This document shows positions 59,450-64,000 of a DNA stretch of 64,000 nt, one piece after another. Made by a program: the position numbers and the translations under genes. The notes under the pieces are model-generated. The model was given only the letters and a program-made list of their open reading frames with translations, searched no databases and had not been told where the DNA came from. This stretch comes from Phycisphaerae bacterium (GTDB lineage: Bacteria > Planctomycetota > Phycisphaerae > UBA1845 > Fen-1342), in assembly GCA_050115495.1 (NCBI GenBank), contig JASFQK010000003.1:148259-212258 (forward strand), written 5' to 3'. Positions within the stretch are counted from its first letter, which is position 1; every line of letters starts with the position of its first letter.

Positions 59450-60799
59450 TTATCCAATCATCACGTGCTCGACCGGGTAGTCGAAGAGCCGCCGCGGCTG
59501 CCGCATGACGGCGAAGGCGACGGTCAGCGGCCCGACGCGGCCGACGAACATGGTGGCGATGATCCAGAGCTTGCCCAGCACGGTCAGCTTCGGCGTGAGC
59601 CCCGCCGACAGGCCCACCGTGCCGAAGGCCGACATCTGCTCGAAGACGATATGCTCCAATCCCACGCCCACGTCTGCGCCCTCACTGATCGCCAGGAGCA
59701 TGACGCCGACAGCGTTCCACAACACGGCGACCGAGCACACCAGGCCGGCTCGGCGGACGAGCTCGTCAGGAATGCGTCGGCCCCACAGGTGCACCGTCGA
59801 CTGACCGCGCAGCCGCGCTTGAATCCGGGCGCCCCATACGGTGGCGGACGTCGTCTTGATCCCGCCCGCGCAGGAACCCGGCGAGCCGCCCACGAACATC
59901 AGCGGCACCAGGATCATCAGCGCCGGCAGCGGCAGCAGCGAGACGTCCACCGTGTTGAAGCCGGCGGTGCGGGCCGTCACGGACTGGAACAGGGAATTGA
60001 CGATGTTGCCGCCGAAGGACAGCTCCGGGTCATTGAGCCCGATGATCCACAGGGCCAGCGCCCCGCCGAGTGTCAGGGCGGCAGTGACGCGGAGCACGAT
60101 CCGGGTGTGCAGCGTCCAGTGCACGGGGCAGCTCTGCCGGCGGAGCCGCCGCCAGACCCGCGACGTCACCTCCTGTAGCACCGGATAGCCCAGCCCACCG
60201 AGCACGACCAGGGCCATCACCGTCCAGACGATGATCGGCGAGTCGCGCAGGTCGATCAGGTTCTCGGTGTAGACGGCGAAGCCGGCGTTGCAGAACGCGG
60301 AGACGGACAGGAACACGGCCTCGAACCAGCGGGTGGCCCCCATGCCCTCCTCCGCCCGCAGGTCGGTGAAGAGAATCAGGGCCCCGGCTGTCTCGATCAG
60401 CACAGTCAGGATCAGTACACGGCCCAGGGCCGTCCGCAGGCTGACCCGCGCCTCCTGCCGGACAAACATGTCCCGCATTGCGGCCTGTGAGCTGAACGAA
60501 ACGCGCAGACGCAGCAGCTCGGCGGCCAGCACGGCGAAGGTCATGATGCCGAGGCCGCCGAACTGGATGAGCACCAGGATGGTCCCCTGGCCGAAGCGGG
60601 AATAGGCGGTTGCGGTGTCCACCGTGATCAGTCCGGTGACGCAGACGGCGGAGGTGGCGGTGAACAGGGCGTCGATGAAGTCGATGGGGCCTTTGGCGCC
60701 CCTCGCCGCTGGCAGGGACAGGACGACGGTGCCGACGGCGATCATCGTCGCAAACGTCAGGGCCAGTGGTGTTTCCGGACGCCGGAGTACGCGCTGCAC
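59450..60799 (-). CDS. ktrB: Potassium uptake membrane subunit (KtrB/TrkH)
   Basis: TATSAVCVTGL, SAFCNAGF, RTAGFNT, SAFGTVGLS, MFVGRVG; start uncertain. Confidence 0.9.
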   Translation of the reverse strand: MQRVLRRPETPLALTFATMIAVGTVVLSLPAARGAKGPIDFIDALFTATSAVCVTGLITVDTATAYSRFGQGTILVLIQFGGLGIMTFAVLAAELLRLRVSFSSQAAMRDMFVRQEARVSLRTALGRVLILTVLIETAGALILFTDLRAEEGMGATRWFEAVFLSVSAFCNAGFAVYTENLIDLRDSPIIVWTVMALVVLGGLGYPVLQEVTSRVWRRLRRQSCPVHWTLHTRIVLRVTAALTLGGALALWIIGLNDPELSFGGNIVNSLFQSVTARTAGFNTVDVSLLPLPALMILVPLMFVGGSPGSCAGGIKTTSATVWGARIQARLRGQSTVHLWGRRIPDELVRRAGLVCSVAVLWNAVGVMLLAISEGADVGVGLEHIVFEQMSAFGTVGLSAGLTPKLTVLGKLWIIATMFVGRVGPLTVAFAVMRQPRRLFDYPVEHVMIG

Positions 60800-61021
60800 T
60801 TGCTTTCGACCTTGCTGAGGCGGGCGCGCCGGCCGCCCGCCGTCCGCCGCGCCGATGGAGCCGATAGGATAACAGAGGCGGGCGGGGAAGGCACGGCCCG
60901 GGTGGTCGCCGCTTGCACGGCCCGGCGAAACGCGTAGACTGAAACGGGTGGCGGAGGCCGGTAGGCCGGCACCGCCTGGGCGAAACAACAAGTCCTCTCA
61001 TCGGATTCCGCGGAGGTTCTG

Positions 61022-61897
61022 ATGCGCGCGTTGGTGGTTGTCACGATGTTCGCGGTGTTGCTCGGCCTGCCGGCGCTGGCCCAGCAGGACTACCCCATGC
61101 CGGCGATGCCGCAGGCTCCGAAGCCGGGCACGCCCCGACAGGCGACGATCCAGGAGAAGCTGCGCTACATCTGCAAGCAGCTCGACCTGAACGAAAAGCA
61201 GAAGCAGCACGTCGAGGGGCTGTTCGTTCTGCTCGAAGCGGAAGCCAACTCGCCGCCGGAGGAGCTCCAGCGCCTGGTCGACGAGATCCAGGATACGTAC
61301 CAGAAGATGATGGCCGCCCGTGAGGCGGGCGACACGGAGCGGGCCGAAGAGCTGCGCGAGACCTTGATCGGCCTGTCGCCGATCGTCGCCGCCGAGCGGA
61401 ATTTCGCCGAAGGGCTGATGCCGGCGCTGACCGAGGAGCAGCGGGCGAAGTTCGAGTATTGGCGGAAGAAGCTGGAACACGTCACCGACCTGTCGCTCAA
61501 GCCGTTGGACGTGCTGCGGCTGGCGGCCACGTACAACCTGAATGACGAACAGCGGGCGAAGGTCAACGATCTGCGCAACAAGTTCCGCAACGCGGTGGCC
61601 CTGCTCCAGGGGGATCGGGAGCGGGAAACGGCGCTGCTCGAACAGTTGATCAAGGACGTGGCGGCCGTGCTCGACGAGAGCGTGCGGGCCGAGTTCCTCA
61701 AGCAGATCGACAAGCTGCGTCCGGACGAGGTTGCGCCGGCCGCTTCCGATGCGCCGACCAGCGCCCCGGCGGCAGAGGCGACCGAGCCCACGCCGGTCGG
61801 CCAGCAGCCGGTGCTTCGGGCCAATCGCCCCGGGCGGCCCCCTCGCCTGCCCGCCTCGGCCTCGACGCAGCCCAGCAAGCCGTCGAACAGGCCCTGA
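61022..61897 (+). CDS. Secreted helical hypothetical protein (Spy/CpxP-like LTxxQ motifs)
   Basis: Signal peptide; LNEKQK, LTEEQR, LNDEQR. Confidence 0.7.
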   Translation: MRALVVVTMFAVLLGLPALAQQDYPMPAMPQAPKPGTPRQATIQEKLRYICKQLDLNEKQKQHVEGLFVLLEAEANSPPEELQRLVDEIQDTYQKMMAAREAGDTERAEELRETLIGLSPIVAAERNFAEGLMPALTEEQRAKFEYWRKKLEHVTDLSLKPLDVLRLAATYNLNDEQRAKVNDLRNKFRNAVALLQGDRERETALLEQLIKDVAAVLDESVRAEFLKQIDKLRPDEVAPAASDAPTSAPAAEATEPTPVGQQPVLRANRPGRPPRLPASASTQPSKPSNRP

Positions 61898-61925
61898 GCG
61901 GCGGCCCCTGCCGCAGTGAAACAAG

Positions 61926-61966
61926 AAGACCCGGCGTGGCTAACGAAGTCCCACGCCGGGTCTTTT
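61926..61966. terminator. Intrinsic, probably bidirectional terminator
   Basis: AAGACCCGGCGTGG / CCACGCCGGGTCTT followed by TT, between convergent genes. Confidence 0.8.
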
Positions 61967-62015
61967 GGCCCCCCTCGCTTTGGTCGGGTGCTCCCTGACC
62001 CGACCGGGGGTTAAG

Positions 62016-62333
62016 CTAGGTCGCCACCCGCCGCGCCTGCATGGCACGCCAGGCTTCACACTCCTCGTGATTGTGGCAGCACGTATCGCGGATGTGCTCA
62101 TAGAACACTTCCGGCGACAGGCCGATATCCCGCCGCAACGGACACTTCAGGGCGATCCGCGGTCGCGTGGTGCCCCGCCCCGTCAGCAGCGATCGCACGT
62201 ATACCTGGTTGCGCCCCGCCGGACAGCCCATCTCGCGGTTCAACTTCCGCTCGATATCGGAGAGGTTCCCCGTCAGCTCGTCCGGCGCAAGGGGCGGGCC
62301 GAAGGCTTCCTGCACGGATTGTCGTTTCAGCAT
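62016..62333 (-). CDS. Small Cys-containing hypothetical protein
   Basis: GAGGA RBS; MGCP, LKCP, CCHNHEEC. Confidence 0.7.
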   Translation of the reverse strand: MLKRQSVQEAFGPPLAPDELTGNLSDIERKLNREMGCPAGRNQVYVRSLLTGRGTTRPRIALKCPLRRDIGLSPEVFYEHIRDTCCHNHEECEAWRAMQARRVAT

Positions 62334-62524
62334 TCCTCGTGGTGGCCAGGCCATATCGGCAACTCCTCGCGAGTGTCCTCGCTTCGACTATCTACGGTGA
62401 CCGCGACTCGTCGTTCGCGCCGACCCCGGCAAATGGCTCGTGCCCAGTCAGGCACGGCCGATGCCCGCGGTCGACCGGAAACGGACGGCGGCGGAATACA
62501 TCCACCAGTCGAACAGGATTAGCT

Positions 62525-62640
62525 GAGGGGGGAAACCTTCCGGCGGAGCACCTGATACGGCGAGCACCTCAAGGGCGCACACCCACACCGACGTTGCTTG
62601 GCGAGAGCCAGGTTGTCGGTGGTATCAGGCAGCGGAAGGT
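62525..62640 (+). ncRNA. Candidate structured RNA
   Basis: Nested helices ACCTTCCG/CGGAAGGT, CCTGATAC/GTATCAGG, CACCGAC/GTCGGTG, CTTGGC-GAGA-GCCAGG. Confidence 0.35.
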
Positions 62641-62782
62641 AGTATGGCAGATGAACTAAATCGTTGTTACTAAAGCAGCTATCGCTGCGTATGAGGGCGA
62701 TGACCTTATGATCACGCCACCTGCAACCATCCAAACACAATGATAGCACCGATCAGGTGGGCAAACAAGGAGGTCGGCAACA

Positions 62783-63772
62783 TTAACGGTCGGCGAAGCC
62801 GTTGGGGTGGCCCTGGTGCCATTTCCAGGCAGAGGCGACGATGGCGTCGATTGTCCGATAACGCGGGGCCCAGCCCAGCCGGGCCTGGATTCTTGTCGCG
62901 TCAGCGAACAGCGACGGCGGGTCCCCCGGACGCCGACTGACCGGTTCGGCCGGAATCTCGTGGCCGGTGACCTGGCGGGCGGCCGCGATCACTTCGAAGA
63001 CGCTCACGCCGGTACCGGTCCCGACGTTGAGTGCCTCGGCTTCGCCTTCCCGGAGCTGCTCGACGGCCAGCAGATGGGCCTCGGCCAAATCAATCACGTG
63101 AATGTAATCACGGACGCAGGTGCCGTCGGGCGTCGGGTAGTCGGTGCCGAAGACCTTGATTGCCTCCCTCTGCCCCAGCGGGACCTGGAGGATGAGCGGG
63201 ATGAGGTGCGTTTCCGGGCTGTGATCTTCGCCGATGGTGCCGTCCTCGGCGGCGCCGGAGGCGTTGAAGTAGCGCAGCTCCATGGCGCCGAGGCCCCAGG
63301 CGGCGGCTGAGTACTCGATCATGTGCTCGACGGCCAGCTTGGCAGCACCGTAGGGGTTGATCGGGGCGCGGGGCATGTTCTCGCGCAGCGGGAGGTCTTC
63401 CGGCTCGCCGTAGACCGCGCACGTGCTGCTGAAGACGAGCCGGCGGATGCGGGCCTCTTCCATGGTTTCCAGCAGGTTCAGCGTGTTGGCGACGTTGTTC
63501 CGGTAGTAACGCAGCGGGCGATCGACCGATTCACCGACGTTGATGAAAGCGGCGAAGTGCATCACCGCGTCGAAGCTGCCGGGCGTCAGCACGGATTGCA
63601 GGTGGTCGCGGTCGGCGAGGTCGCCCTCGATGAGCGTGGCCTGCGGGGCGATGGCCGCTCGATGGCCGAAGCTCAGGTTGTCGAAGACGGTGACGTCGTG
63701 TCCGGCCAGGATCAGACGCCGAACGCAATGGCTGCCGACATACCCGGCGCCACCGGTGACGAATACGCGCAT
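62783..63772 (-). CDS. galE: UDP-glucose 4-epimerase
   Basis: TGGAGYVGSH, FSSTCAVYG, PYGAAK, LRYFNASG, PDGTCVRDYIHV. Confidence 0.96.
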   Translation of the reverse strand: MRVFVTGGAGYVGSHCVRRLILAGHDVTVFDNLSFGHRAAIAPQATLIEGDLADRDHLQSVLTPGSFDAVMHFAAFINVGESVDRPLRYYRNNVANTLNLLETMEEARIRRLVFSSTCAVYGEPEDLPLRENMPRAPINPYGAAKLAVEHMIEYSAAAWGLGAMELRYFNASGAAEDGTIGEDHSPETHLIPLILQVPLGQREAIKVFGTDYPTPDGTCVRDYIHVIDLAEAHLLAVEQLREGEAEALNVGTGTGVSVFEVIAAARQVTGHEIPAEPVSRRPGDPPSLFADATRIQARLGWAPRYRTIDAIVASAWKWHQGHPNGFADR

Positions 63773-64000
63773 GCGGTAACTCCTCGGGCCGGTCGGGCCG
63801 CGAAAAGCTTGTGAATCAACCCTGGGTGGGTCGGGCATCCCGCCCGACACTTCTTCGGTCTCAGGGGCAAATCGGCGGGCGAGAGAGCTTGTGAAAGAAT
63901 TGCCCGCGGCGATCAAGGTCATTTGCCGGCGATCGTGGCGAAGGACACCAGGCTGCGAAGCTGTTCCCGACTCGGCGGAATCGGCTCGGACCGTCGACTT

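Noticed and set aside
60800..61020. c-di-AMP (ydaO) riboswitch upstream of ktrB
   Set aside because: The conserved riboswitch motifs could not be identified.
62521..62640. TPP riboswitch, 5S rRNA or 6S RNA identity for the structured region
   Set aside because: Only short partial resemblances (GCTGAG, CCTGAT); overall consensus and context do not fit.

Overview
GC-rich bacterial chromosome segment. The gene content (dockerin-tailed secreted proteins, CPTPWDYCC lipoprotein, Cys-Gly/TM C-terminal tails) suggests Planctomycetota/Phycisphaerae; this is an inference. Host genes: rpmF-plsX-fabH-fabD-fabG-pfkA, hisS, a secreted beta-propeller, an SPFH pair, an ABC exporter cluster, an MCP plus histidine kinase, a Ycf46-like AAA ATPase, a COG2403-like GTPase, prolyl oligopeptidase, two tandem papain-family surface proteases, HAD, acyl-CoA synthetase, ktrAB and galE. 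The main discovery is a compact 14,008-bp Mu-type transposable element at 29466-43473. Its ends are readable in the sequence: TGAT...ATCA termini and five AAAAGA(A/C)CGGTCG sites, three at the left end and two inverted at the right. It encodes a repressor/Cro-like switch, an intact-looking MuA-like DDE transposase, a MuB-like ATPase, a stand-alone copy of the transposase DNA-binding domain, a short tape-measure-like protein and a Mu gpI-like protease/scaffold. No terminase, portal, major capsid or tail genes were recognised, so it is a candidate satellite of transposable phages. Its right end lies 61 bp from a dif-like site (43535-43562). All calls come from reading the sequence and recalled motifs; no searches were run.
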